Part shown: one piece after another, positions 45,333-54,434 of the stretch
Layout: every line of letters starts with the position of its first letter
How positions within the stretch are numbered: position 1 is the stretch's first letter
Origin: an uncultured Rhodopirellula sp.
GTDB taxonomy: Bacteria > Planctomycetota > Planctomycetia > Pirellulales > Pirellulaceae
DNA length: 64,000 nucleotides
Direction: 5' to 3'
Assembly (NCBI GenBank): GCA_964007735.1
Contig: CAXGAI010000016.1
Coordinates: forward strand, 1 to 64,000
The notes under the pieces: generated by a model
The model's input: only the letters and a program-made list of their open reading frames with translations
Databases searched by the model: none
What the model was told of the DNA's origin: nothing
Program-made: the position numbers and the translations under genes

Positions 45333-46283
45333 ATGATGGAATTTGAGACAATTGCTGTCATAGGGCTGGGCACGATGGGCCATGGTATTGCTCAGACCGT
45401 GGCTTTGGCCGGAGGGCAGGTTCGCGCATTTGATATTAATGCAAAGGATGTTCAGGACTTACATAGTCGCGTTTCGAGGAATCTGGCCGTCATGGTAGAG
45501 GAAGAAACGATTCCTGAAGTCAATATAGAAGAAGTGTTGAGTCGTATCATATGCTGTCATGATGAAATGGATGCACTAACAGGGGTGGACTTTGTAGTGG
45601 AGGCGATCGCAGAGGAACTGCAGCTGAAACAGGCCTTCTTTTCTCGTTGTGAAGCTGCAGTGAGTTCGAAGACCATTTTAGCAAGCAATACTTCCAGCTT
45701 CCCCATGTCAAAAATTGCCGAAGGATTGGAGACATCTTCGCGTATGCTTAATACGCACTGGTTTAATCCTCCTCACGTGATTCCGGTTGTCGAAGTTATT
45801 CCGTGTGCACAGACGAGTCCTGAAACGATAAACCGAACGATCAGGTTTCTCAAAGAACTTGGTAAGCATCCTGTACGCATCAATCAGGAAGTCCCGGGGT
45901 TTGTATTGAATCGTTTGCAGATAGCATTGTTCCGGGAGATGCTAGATTTGGTGGGGCGAGATGTCATATCTGCGGAGGATTTAGATATAGCGGTGCGAGG
46001 GAGTTTAGGGTTGCGATGGGCAGCTGTAGGACCTATGCGAGTGGGTGATTTTGGCGGTTGGGATATTTTGTCCAAAGTCTATGAGGTCCTGGCGACAGAG
46101 CTACGTAGTGATGCTCGTTTACCTGAGGTCCTTGAGCAGATGCGGTCACAAGGAGAGCTTGGGCTAAAAACAGGGCAAGGCTTCTTCGAGTTTCCTGCCG
46201 AGCAACAGGAGCGAATTGCTGCCGAGAAAGATCGTAAATTTATGGCTTGGGCAAAATTACTTCGTGACAGTTATGATGCTTAG
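45333..46283 (+). CDS. 3-hydroxyacyl-CoA dehydrogenase family protein
   Basis: GLGTMGHG, EAIAE...LK, ASNTSS, HWFNPP, PGFVLNRL, GLKTGQGFF. Confidence 0.93.
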   Translation: MMEFETIAVIGLGTMGHGIAQTVALAGGQVRAFDINAKDVQDLHSRVSRNLAVMVEEETIPEVNIEEVLSRIICCHDEMDALTGVDFVVEAIAEELQLKQAFFSRCEAAVSSKTILASNTSSFPMSKIAEGLETSSRMLNTHWFNPPHVIPVVEVIPCAQTSPETINRTIRFLKELGKHPVRINQEVPGFVLNRLQIALFREMLDLVGRDVISAEDLDIAVRGSLGLRWAAVGPMRVGDFGGWDILSKVYEVLATELRSDARLPEVLEQMRSQGELGLKTGQGFFEFPAEQQERIAAEKDRKFMAWAKLLRDSYDA

Positions 46284-46295
46284 CCGGTATCCGAT

Positions 46296-47261
46296 TTAAT
46301 TCTCGATATGGAATAGTCGTGCCGCATTATTCCAAAAGATATCTTCGATTTGGTTTTCGGTTAATTTCTCTGACCAGCATGCCCACTTGAGTGAACGAAG
46401 ATGCTCAAGACCGACCAGGACAGGGTTTACTTGAGCGTGTTTTTCTCCCCAGACCGGGGTATCTTCATAGAGCCATAAGAATGAATCTGCCGCTCCCAAA
46501 CTTCGTCCTCGAAGGTGGCTTACAGGATAATCACAACCGTACATAAAACGTTCGTGCCCCAGGATTCGGAAGATAGTCTGATGGGCCATCGGTTCACAGT
46601 TGGCACTACTGTCAAACCATAGGTTTGGGAGTCCTTTTAATTTAGGAAGGCCCTGAAGGTTGTGTGCGGGCTGAAATGCGCGGGCCGAGTGCGCCAGTAT
46701 GAGTTGCATTTGAGGATACTTTTGACAGTAGTAGCGAATGCATTCGATATTAGCATCGTTGGCCAACGCATTTTTTTTGACGATGTGAAGTGTAATGAAC
46801 CAACTTTGCTCATGACATAGCCTCACCTGGTGTTCGGGAAGGAATGCCTGAATATCGGCTTCCCATGTTGGCGATGTCTTCGCCATATTGTGGTAACATT
46901 TGAGTCCCGTTGCACCTAATCGCGTTGCATGCTCCAGTATCCAGTCCGAATCATCATCAGGTTTCACAAAGAAGTTGCAGCGATTATAGGGATGAGCATT
47001 CTTTTGTCGAGCCGCCCATTCATTCGCTTCCAGTTGATATGCTAACGAGTCTTTTCCCACGAAAGGAATAAACATCGCGTAAGTGGGACGTTGACCGTGC
47101 AATGACGTCATGGCGGATTGGTAGTCAGTCCAATCAACGGATTGGTCACTGAATGAATAGAATTCAGGTTTCCAGATATGAGTATGTGCATCGTAGATGC
47201 GATCAGGAAGAAATGAATCTATTTCTCGTTCAAAAAACTCAAGATCGTGTGCGGATTTCAC
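46296..47261 (-). CDS. Amidohydrolase family protein
   Basis: IYDAHTH, GLKCYH, LILAH, WFDSS, MYGCDYP, IFWNNAARL. Confidence 0.88.
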   Translation of the reverse strand: MKSAHDLEFFEREIDSFLPDRIYDAHTHIWKPEFYSFSDQSVDWTDYQSAMTSLHGQRPTYAMFIPFVGKDSLAYQLEANEWAARQKNAHPYNRCNFFVKPDDDSDWILEHATRLGATGLKCYHNMAKTSPTWEADIQAFLPEHQVRLCHEQSWFITLHIVKKNALANDANIECIRYYCQKYPQMQLILAHSARAFQPAHNLQGLPKLKGLPNLWFDSSANCEPMAHQTIFRILGHERFMYGCDYPVSHLRGRSLGAADSFLWLYEDTPVWGEKHAQVNPVLVGLEHLRSLKWACWSEKLTENQIEDIFWNNAARLFHIEN

Positions 47262-47839
47262 GAGTTACCTATTCAATAGAATGTCATACAAATGCGATGA
47301 AAAGCATCGGCCCAGCGTTGTGGAACTAGAATTAATGTTTTGTCGTAGACTCGGTAAAAAACTCGGATGAGGCAGTACATGGATTGTATGATTTGATTGA
47401 TGGCCAGTCACGATGATTTGTACGAAAGATCAATTGTTGATTGCTTGCTCGAATCATCAGGATCGCTTTGACTTTGTAAAAGTGTTTGGGAATGTTCGGT
47501 ACAGTACCGTCACGGTCACACTCTAATATGCTGAATCAATATAAGGTTTTGCGGTGATTTTATGCACTTGCTGAACAGTAAGAACGACTATCCTTAATGT
47601 CGCTATGGCTGCGGATTCTGTTCCGCCCTCTTTTATATTTGAGACGTAATGGAACGGTGATCTATGATATGTTAGCGGGAAGATACCTACGAGTTTATAA
47701 ATCAATCACATCCTAGTTCTGAGATTCTTTGATTGCTGGGGTAAACTAGTTTGTGTTTCTACCATATGATAACGGCAAGGGATTTACGGTACTAATTTTG
47801 TCTTGATTACGAAGACCACTGCTTCTTAGGAGATTTTTA

Positions 47840-49132
47840 ATGACGTTCTTCAAGCCTGCTCTATTTACCCTGTTCGTTTTGTTTGTCGGACTTTCTAGTA
47901 TTGTGTTCATTAAATCAGATGTCCGTGGAGAAGCATTGCAGGACAAGCAGAAGTCTCAAGCTAAGCAAGCGGCAGATCAGGATACCGACAAGGCTCAAAT
48001 CAAAGCCGCCTTCAAGGCGGGCAAGATTACAGAGGCGGAGGCTAAGGAAAAATTCCAGGCGCTGAATAAGAAGCAGTCGGGAACGAGTACTAATAAGACA
48101 GTTTCTGAGAAAAAGCCCGAGAAAGATTTAGATGTAGTAAAAGCACAAATCGAAGCTGCTCTCAAGGAGGGGAAAATCACTGAAGCTCAGGCGAAGCAAA
48201 AGTATGCTGCGCTGTACAGTAAAAAATCAGAAACGAGTAAAGAGAAGGTGGCTGCTGGTAAGGGTAAGGAATTAAAAACCGAAGCCTATCCCGAATTTAT
48301 TGAAAAGCTGGCAGAGTTAGTGGAAGCAGGAAAGATTACCAAGGCCGAAGCAACGGATTTATATAATTCTGTTGTTAAGAAGAAAGTCTTTACGCCAAAG
48401 AAAGGTGTAAATGGAGCGGATTACAAAATTAATTCTCTCGAAGAGCAAAAGCGGCTACAAAAAATACTTCCTTTAACTTCCACCGGCGATGACAAGGAAG
48501 GGCCTGTGGCCTGTGGATTCTTTGGGTGGGCTGCCGATGCAACGCACCGTTTTATGGATAATAGTCACAAGGGAGAAGCCCGTCAGATCCATGGGCTTTC
48601 ATTCCGGCTTGATTACCGAGACCATGACACAATCGGTAGAACCTGGGATAACATTACGGTGAAGATTGCCCATGGAAACTGGAGTTCCATTAAGTACAAT
48701 GCTTCCCAGGACTATGAACTATTAGACGGTGAGCTAACGGTTTTTAGTAAGGAATGGACGTTTCCAACATTAAAAGGATATCCCGCGTTAAAGCCGGCTG
48801 AATGGGGCGGTCCTCAAAATTGCTTAAACTTCCAGTTTGACGAACCGTTTATGTACAACGGTAAAGATGCGATCTACGTTGAATTTACGTTTTCCGGTGG
48901 CAAAACGGAAGATGCTCGGAAATGGGAAGGTGATTTACCTTATGGATTTGAATATTATTTAGATTCGATGCAACAAATAGGTGGATGGCGAATGGCCGGA
49001 GAAGCAAAGGGTTTGTATCTTCCTCCACGTGTGGAGGCCGTTGTCTCTTATACCGCCGGCGGTCAGTCTGTCTGGACATCATCAGCCAAAGGAATGCCAT
49101 ACTTAAATTGGGATTTTCGTAAAGCGAGATAG
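47840..49132 (+). CDS. Hypothetical exported protein with three Lys/Ala-rich helical repeats and a globular C-terminal domain
   Basis: Hydrophobic N-terminus. Three 'GKIT.A.A' repeats. Aromatic, beta-rich C-terminal half. Confidence 0.8.
   Translation: MTFFKPALFTLFVLFVGLSSIVFIKSDVRGEALQDKQKSQAKQAADQDTDKAQIKAAFKAGKITEAEAKEKFQALNKKQSGTSTNKTVSEKKPEKDLDVVKAQIEAALKEGKITEAQAKQKYAALYSKKSETSKEKVAAGKGKELKTEAYPEFIEKLAELVEAGKITKAEATDLYNSVVKKKVFTPKKGVNGADYKINSLEEQKRLQKILPLTSTGDDKEGPVACGFFGWAADATHRFMDNSHKGEARQIHGLSFRLDYRDHDTIGRTWDNITVKIAHGNWSSIKYNASQDYELLDGELTVFSKEWTFPTLKGYPALKPAEWGGPQNCLNFQFDEPFMYNGKDAIYVEFTFSGGKTEDARKWEGDLPYGFEYYLDSMQQIGGWRMAGEAKGLYLPPRVEAVVSYTAGGQSVWTSSAKGMPYLNWDFRKAR
47990..48373 (+). 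repeat. Three copies of a ~25-aa 'GKITxAxA' helical hairpin motif
   Basis: KAQIKAAFKAGKITEAEAKEKFQAL, KAQIEAALKEGKITEAQAKQKYAAL, IEKLAELVEAGKITKAEATDLYNSV. The first two are 150 nt apart. Confidence 0.8.
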
Positions 49133-49177
49133 TTGTGCACTTGTCGCTTTAATTCTTATTGCTAGATCACAATCGGA

Positions 49178-51493
49178 GTGATTAAGGCCGCTATGAACAT
49201 TAGATGCCGTTTGTTGGTTGTTGCCGTTGCTTACGCTTTATTAGCGAATGCTCTAAAGGCGGAATCCACCTTTGCGAACTATGAAAGCCCTCAAGCGCAT
49301 TCATTGAAGATTTCTCAGGACGGTAGGCGATTATATGCGGTGAACACGCCGGCAAATCTGTTGATGGTATACTCTCTGGAACAGCCAAATTCACCCAAAT
49401 TACTTTTAGAAGTCCCTGTTGGTATCGAGCCAATCTCGCTGGCTATTCGTAATGCTACTGAAGTGTGGGTGCTAAACCATATTTCAGATTCGATCAGTGT
49501 GGTGGATTTGGATCGGGGGGTGGTTTCAGCAACCATTCAGGTGGGTGATCGTCCCGGGGATATCGTGTTTGCGAAACAACAGCAACGGGCGTTTGTAAGT
49601 TCAATGACCGAGCGCTGTGTTTACGTGATTGATACAGACAGTCAAAAAACCGTTAGTAAAATTTCTATCGCCGGAAATAATCCGCGTTCTCTCGCGGTAA
49701 GTCAGGACGGAGAAAAAGTTTGGGTTGCAATTCATCATTCGGGGAATCAAACCACTGTGGTTAGTCATCATCAGGCTCCGGATCCACCCCAAGCCACAAA
49801 CGTGGATCTACCGGTGGCTCCCAAACAAGGTGTTATCGTCAGCACAAATGACAAGCTTTGGAGGAAACAAGATCAGGCTCAACTTGCCGACCATGATGTT
49901 ATGGAAATCGACACGAATCAGTTAAAGGTGAGGCGATCTTTTTCCACAGTAGGGACTATTTTATTTAATCTCGCTCAGCATCCTCAAACCGGCGATCTGT
50001 GGGTAACGAATACCGAAGCCCGGAACTTTGTGCGATTCGAGCCGGCTTTGCGCGGACATGTTGTTGATAATCGGATCACAATCTTTAAGCCGGAACCGGA
50101 TGCTGATTTGGTGGTTTTGGATTTGAATGAGGGGCTGGATTACTCGATTCTCCCCAACATGGCTGCTCTGGAAACGGCGATGGCTCAGCCAACGGATATT
50201 ATTTTCAATCAAAGTGGTTCTCGAGGATTTGTTACATCTTTTGGAACAGATCGTGTTGCGATCCTCGATGGTGCAGGAAAAATCCAAAGCTATGTCGATG
50301 TCGGCGATAGCGTTGGGGCAAATGTGAACACTCGGTTCAAGCGCGGCCCGCGGGCACTGGCTTTACACCCCCAGGAGCAAAATCTCTATGTTCTCAACCG
50401 GCTTTCAAATTCAATTTCCATCGTGAATCTCGAACAGGGAATGCAAATCCGGGAAGTGGAGATGCAGGATCCAACGCCTGAAGAAGTACGCCAAGGACGA
50501 GGCTATTTGTTTGACGCCAAGTTGTCAGGCAATGGTACGGTATCTTGTGCCTCCTGTCATATTGATGGGGATCGAGACGGGCTTGCCTGGGATCTTGGTG
50601 ATCCTGGCGGCGATTTATTTAACGATGGTAGTGCGAATCCTTTGCATCCCATGAAAGGGCCGCTAATGACTCAGACATTACGCGGTTTGGCAGGGGATCG
50701 TATTTTTCATTGGAGGGCAGATCGTCCCGGGCTAATCGCGTTTAATGGAACGTTTCCCAATCTTATGGGAGGTGCATTGTTGGCAGATGAAGATATGCAA
50801 TTATTCGCTGATTATATGAAGAGCATTCTTTTTGGAAGTAACCCTTTGGTTGAGACGGCTGAGTTCAAACGTGGGGAAGAAATTTTTAATTCCCGAATGG
50901 CGATCGCTAAGGAAGGCAAAAATCAGTTTAGATGTGTCGATTGCCATAAACGAATTTCGGGATCCGGGTCAACTGGCTTTAGTGGATTGATTGGACAGTC
51001 AACCAAAGCGGCTCAACTGCGAGGGTTAAATGAACGGCTAGTGTTTCAGGGAGATATAAGAGTTAACGGGTTCGGTTTTGGTGCAGATGGTTCAAAGCAA
51101 ACATTATTTGAATTTCTTGGTGATAGCCATCGCTTTGAAAAAATATCATCACAGGATAAGAAATCTCTCGAAGCCTTTCTCCTTGGATTTCCAACGGAAA
51201 CACCACCGATTGTAGGCAAAACAATTACGATTTCATCAGAGCAGGCAAATGATGCGACTTGTTTGCTTGCAATTACAGCATTGCTGGAAGATGCTGTTGC
51301 TGTCGATTGTGAAGTTAAGTTAACGGGGGTTCTTAACGGAAATGTTCTTAAACATACCTACATTGCTGACGCGAATAGTTTTTCCGCCATCGGAAATACT
51401 GAAGATTCATCGTTAAATCTAGAAGAACTACTCGAGACACTGTCGAGCGATGATTCAGCGTCGATTTCTTTGACGGTTTATCCAAAGCCCTAG
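49178..51493 (+). CDS. YVTN/YncE-type beta-propeller fused to a di-heme cytochrome c (peroxidase-like) domain
   Basis: Repeated 'VG..P..(L/I)' and 'N..S.SISVV' blades. SCASCH and RCVDCH heme motifs. HWRADR. Confidence 0.85.
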   Translation: MIKAAMNIRCRLLVVAVAYALLANALKAESTFANYESPQAHSLKISQDGRRLYAVNTPANLLMVYSLEQPNSPKLLLEVPVGIEPISLAIRNATEVWVLNHISDSISVVDLDRGVVSATIQVGDRPGDIVFAKQQQRAFVSSMTERCVYVIDTDSQKTVSKISIAGNNPRSLAVSQDGEKVWVAIHHSGNQTTVVSHHQAPDPPQATNVDLPVAPKQGVIVSTNDKLWRKQDQAQLADHDVMEIDTNQLKVRRSFSTVGTILFNLAQHPQTGDLWVTNTEARNFVRFEPALRGHVVDNRITIFKPEPDADLVVLDLNEGLDYSILPNMAALETAMAQPTDIIFNQSGSRGFVTSFGTDRVAILDGAGKIQSYVDVGDSVGANVNTRFKRGPRALALHPQEQNLYVLNRLSNSISIVNLEQGMQIREVEMQDPTPEEVRQGRGYLFDAKLSGNGTVSCASCHIDGDRDGLAWDLGDPGGDLFNDGSANPLHPMKGPLMTQTLRGLAGDRIFHWRADRPGLIAFNGTFPNLMGGALLADEDMQLFADYMKSILFGSNPLVETAEFKRGEEIFNSRMAIAKEGKNQFRCVDCHKRISGSGSTGFSGLIGQSTKAAQLRGLNERLVFQGDIRVNGFGFGADGSKQTLFEFLGDSHRFEKISSQDKKSLEAFLLGFPTETPPIVGKTITISSEQANDATCLLAITALLEDAVAVDCEVKLTGVLNGNVLKHTYIADANSFSAIGNTEDSSLNLEELLETLSSDDSASISLTVYPKP

Positions 51494-51559
51494 GATTATT
51501 ATGATGCGACAAGCATGTTTAAACTGTCTGGCTGTCTCGAATTAGATTGAAAAGAGAAA

Positions 51560-52972
51560 ATGGTGTCGAGAAAATTTGAATTGCTAATTGCTTTTCTAAC
51601 CCTGTTAGTCATTTCGTTGACTTGCTTCTCTGCTGAAGAACCGGTCAAGGTCTATATCCTTTCGGGCCAGTCCAATATGGTGGGGATTGGGCAGGTAACC
51701 GGTGGAGGCTCGCGATGGGGATCCCAGTTTACCGATATTGAAGTTTCCGTCTATGAAGGCGAATATGACCCCGGTGCTGACTACAATTCCCTCAAGCCAT
51801 TAAAAACAATCAAACCGGCGAGTTTTGGCGGAGTGACTCCCACTCCGTATCCGGGCGGGGGTACGCATGTAGCGCGGGGATTTGTAACCGTTAAAGAGGA
51901 CGGTGTCTATGAATTTCGACCGGGTTACGGCGGTTCCACTGTAAATCTTATGGAAGTGGGTGGAAAGCAAGTACATGTCAAGATGCCCGAAAGCGAATCA
52001 GAATTTTTCCCCATCAAGCTGAGGGGAGGGGAAAAAGTACCATTTAAGATTATCTACTTAAATCCCCAGGCAAATGGTCTGGGATGGATTGCTCGTGTTG
52101 ATATTCCCGGTACGCTGTCCTCCGTGGTGAGACAGGATGGCAAGTTTCCTTACTTGCTCAACGAAAGCGACGGTTGGGTTTCTCGGGATGACGTCTGGTA
52201 TAAGGGAGTGATTACGGCAGGAGCAAATAAGTGGCTGTCTGTTGGTTGCGGAGCAACTGCTAACAGTATCGGTCCGGAACTTGGATTTGGGCATAAACTT
52301 GGTGATTATCATGACGAGCCGGTCCTCCTACTAAAGGCATCACAGGGTAATCGTTCTTTGGCCTGGGATTTTCTTCCTCCCGGTAGCAAAAGATTTGAAG
52401 CGGATGGATTTGTCTATGCAGGATATAAAGATTCCCCGGCTCGCTGGGAAATTGGTTCCACGCCAGAGCCAATCAACTGGTATGCGGGTAAACAGTATGA
52501 TGATTGTTTTAGTGCAGCTCATAAAGTCCTCGAAAACTTCGAGAAGAATTTTCCGCAATGGAAAGGAAGAGGATTCGAAATAGCAGGCTTTGTCTGGTGG
52601 CAAGGACATAAAGACCAAGGAAGCTTGGTTCATGCTCAGCTTTATGAACAAAATTTAGTTCATCTTATAAAGACACTACGGACTGAATTTGATGCACCGC
52701 AAGCTCCCTTTGCGATCGCTACGATTGGTTTTGAGGGTTGGGAAATGGAAGGCAATGCTTTGACGGTTGCGAAGGCGCAATTAGCCGTCAGTGGTGAGAA
52801 GGGTAAGTACCCGGAATTTAAAGGGAATGTTCGCACAATTGAAACACGCGGTTTTTGGCGAGATGAATCAATTTCACCTCGAAATCAGGGTTTTCATTAC
52901 AACCAAAATGCGGAGACATATATGCTTGTCGGTGAGGCTTTAGGTGACGCGATGCTTAGCTTGATTAAATAG
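51560..52972 (+). CDS. Sialate O-acetylesterase-like (SASA/DUF303) carbohydrate esterase
   Basis: Signal peptide. ILSGQSNM, GPELGFG, GFVWWQG, Y..NL..LI..LR, HYNQN. Confidence 0.85.
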   Translation: MVSRKFELLIAFLTLLVISLTCFSAEEPVKVYILSGQSNMVGIGQVTGGGSRWGSQFTDIEVSVYEGEYDPGADYNSLKPLKTIKPASFGGVTPTPYPGGGTHVARGFVTVKEDGVYEFRPGYGGSTVNLMEVGGKQVHVKMPESESEFFPIKLRGGEKVPFKIIYLNPQANGLGWIARVDIPGTLSSVVRQDGKFPYLLNESDGWVSRDDVWYKGVITAGANKWLSVGCGATANSIGPELGFGHKLGDYHDEPVLLLKASQGNRSLAWDFLPPGSKRFEADGFVYAGYKDSPARWEIGSTPEPINWYAGKQYDDCFSAAHKVLENFEKNFPQWKGRGFEIAGFVWWQGHKDQGSLVHAQLYEQNLVHLIKTLRTEFDAPQAPFAIATIGFEGWEMEGNALTVAKAQLAVSGEKGKYPEFKGNVRTIETRGFWRDESISPRNQGFHYNQNAETYMLVGEALGDAMLSLIK

Positions 52973-52993
52973 AACTAGCCGCGCTAGACTTGC

Positions 52994-54406
52994 TCAGGCA
53001 AACGCTTCCTTCACAACCTTGCCTCCATTAAATGTTGCAATCTCGCGACGTCCGCGGTGTTCGTAATAATTCTTATACTGATCGATTCCGAGGGCATGGA
53101 GAATCGTGGCGTGCACGTCGGCAGGCGAAAGTACTCTTTCAACAGCGGTATAGCCAACTTCGTCGGTGCGGCCAATCACCTGACCCCCCTGAATTCCACC
53201 CCCCGCCATCCACATAGTAAATCCACCAGGTGAATGATCGCGCCCCCCTTTCTTTTCGACGCCCGGGGTTCGACCGAATTCACCGCCCCAAACAAGTAAG
53301 GTGGAGTCTAATAAACCTCGTTGCTTAAGATCTGCTATGAGGCCTGCAATGGGCTTGTCCGATTTTCCGGAGGCCTTGCCGTGTCCGTCCACAATGTCGT
53401 CATGAGAGTCCCAACCATCGACACGCAACTGAATAAATCGAACACCGTTTTCAACTAAACGTCGCGTTAGAAGGCAGCGAGTGCCAACCTCGCGAGTCTT
53501 ATCCTCGTTCATTCCATAAAGTGTTTTAGTCGCTTCAGTTTCTTTGGATAAGTCAAAGACTGCCGGAGCAGCAATTTGCATGCGGAAGGCCAGTTCATAA
53601 CTTCGCAGGCGAGCTTCCAGTTCACTGTCGTTCCCGGATTTTTGTAGATGACGTGAATTAAGTCGGTTAATTAATCCCAATTGACCTGCACGTTCCGCCT
53701 GCGCCATCGCTCTAGGCAATTTAAGGTTAGGAATCCCCTCGGCAGCATTAATACCTGTTCCCTGGAATTCAGATGGCAGAAAAGATGGAGCATAGGTAGG
53801 ACGCGGACCACCGCCAAGTACCACGAAACCAGGCAGGTTCTGGTTTTCTGTACCAAGTCCATAGTTGACCCAGGCTCCCAAACTCGGACGATCTCCGGCA
53901 ATCGAACCGGTCGTCATCATATATTCGCCAGGTACATGAATGACCGTGTCATGTTGGATGCTTTTGATGAGACAAAGTTCGTCAATGTGTTCGGCTGTAT
54001 GGGTAACCAACTCGGAAGCCGGGAGGCCGCACTCACCATAATGACGGAACTTAAAAGGGCTTGCCATTAAACGACGGGTACCATTACCAAACATTGCCGT
54101 TGCTTTGAAATTCTTGCGAATAATTTCAGGCGTTTCCTGACCATCAAGCCTTGTTAATTCGCTCTTGGGATCATAGGTGTCGATATGGCTTGGACCACCA
54201 GCCATAAACAGAAATATGACACTCTTAGCGGTCGCTTTGTGCGTTGGAGCCAAAGTGGCATCATGGGCTTGTTCATCAGCCATTAGCCCTGTTGCCGCCA
54301 GCCAGCCGAAGCTGAGGGTACCGCCCTGTAACATCTGCCTGCGGGACAGCGAAGTTGACGTGGTTCGGCCAGAAGGAAAAATGGATGGTGGTTTGTTTTT
54401 ATTCAT
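52994..54406 (-). CDS. DUF1501 domain protein (Tat-type signal)
   Basis: SRRQML, AKSVIFLFMAGGPSHIDTYDPK, RPSLGAW..YGLG.EN, WDSH, WGGEFGRTP, GRDH. Start chosen at MNKNK (54406). Confidence 0.92.
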   Translation of the reverse strand: MNKNKPPSIFPSGRTTSTSLSRRQMLQGGTLSFGWLAATGLMADEQAHDATLAPTHKATAKSVIFLFMAGGPSHIDTYDPKSELTRLDGQETPEIIRKNFKATAMFGNGTRRLMASPFKFRHYGECGLPASELVTHTAEHIDELCLIKSIQHDTVIHVPGEYMMTTGSIAGDRPSLGAWVNYGLGTENQNLPGFVVLGGGPRPTYAPSFLPSEFQGTGINAAEGIPNLKLPRAMAQAERAGQLGLINRLNSRHLQKSGNDSELEARLRSYELAFRMQIAAPAVFDLSKETEATKTLYGMNEDKTREVGTRCLLTRRLVENGVRFIQLRVDGWDSHDDIVDGHGKASGKSDKPIAGLIADLKQRGLLDSTLLVWGGEFGRTPGVEKKGGRDHSPGGFTMWMAGGGIQGGQVIGRTDEVGYTAVERVLSPADVHATILHALGIDQYKNYYEHRGRREIATFNGGKVVKEAFA

Positions 54407-54434
54407 TACGATCATTCGGTTTATGGCTGAGGCA

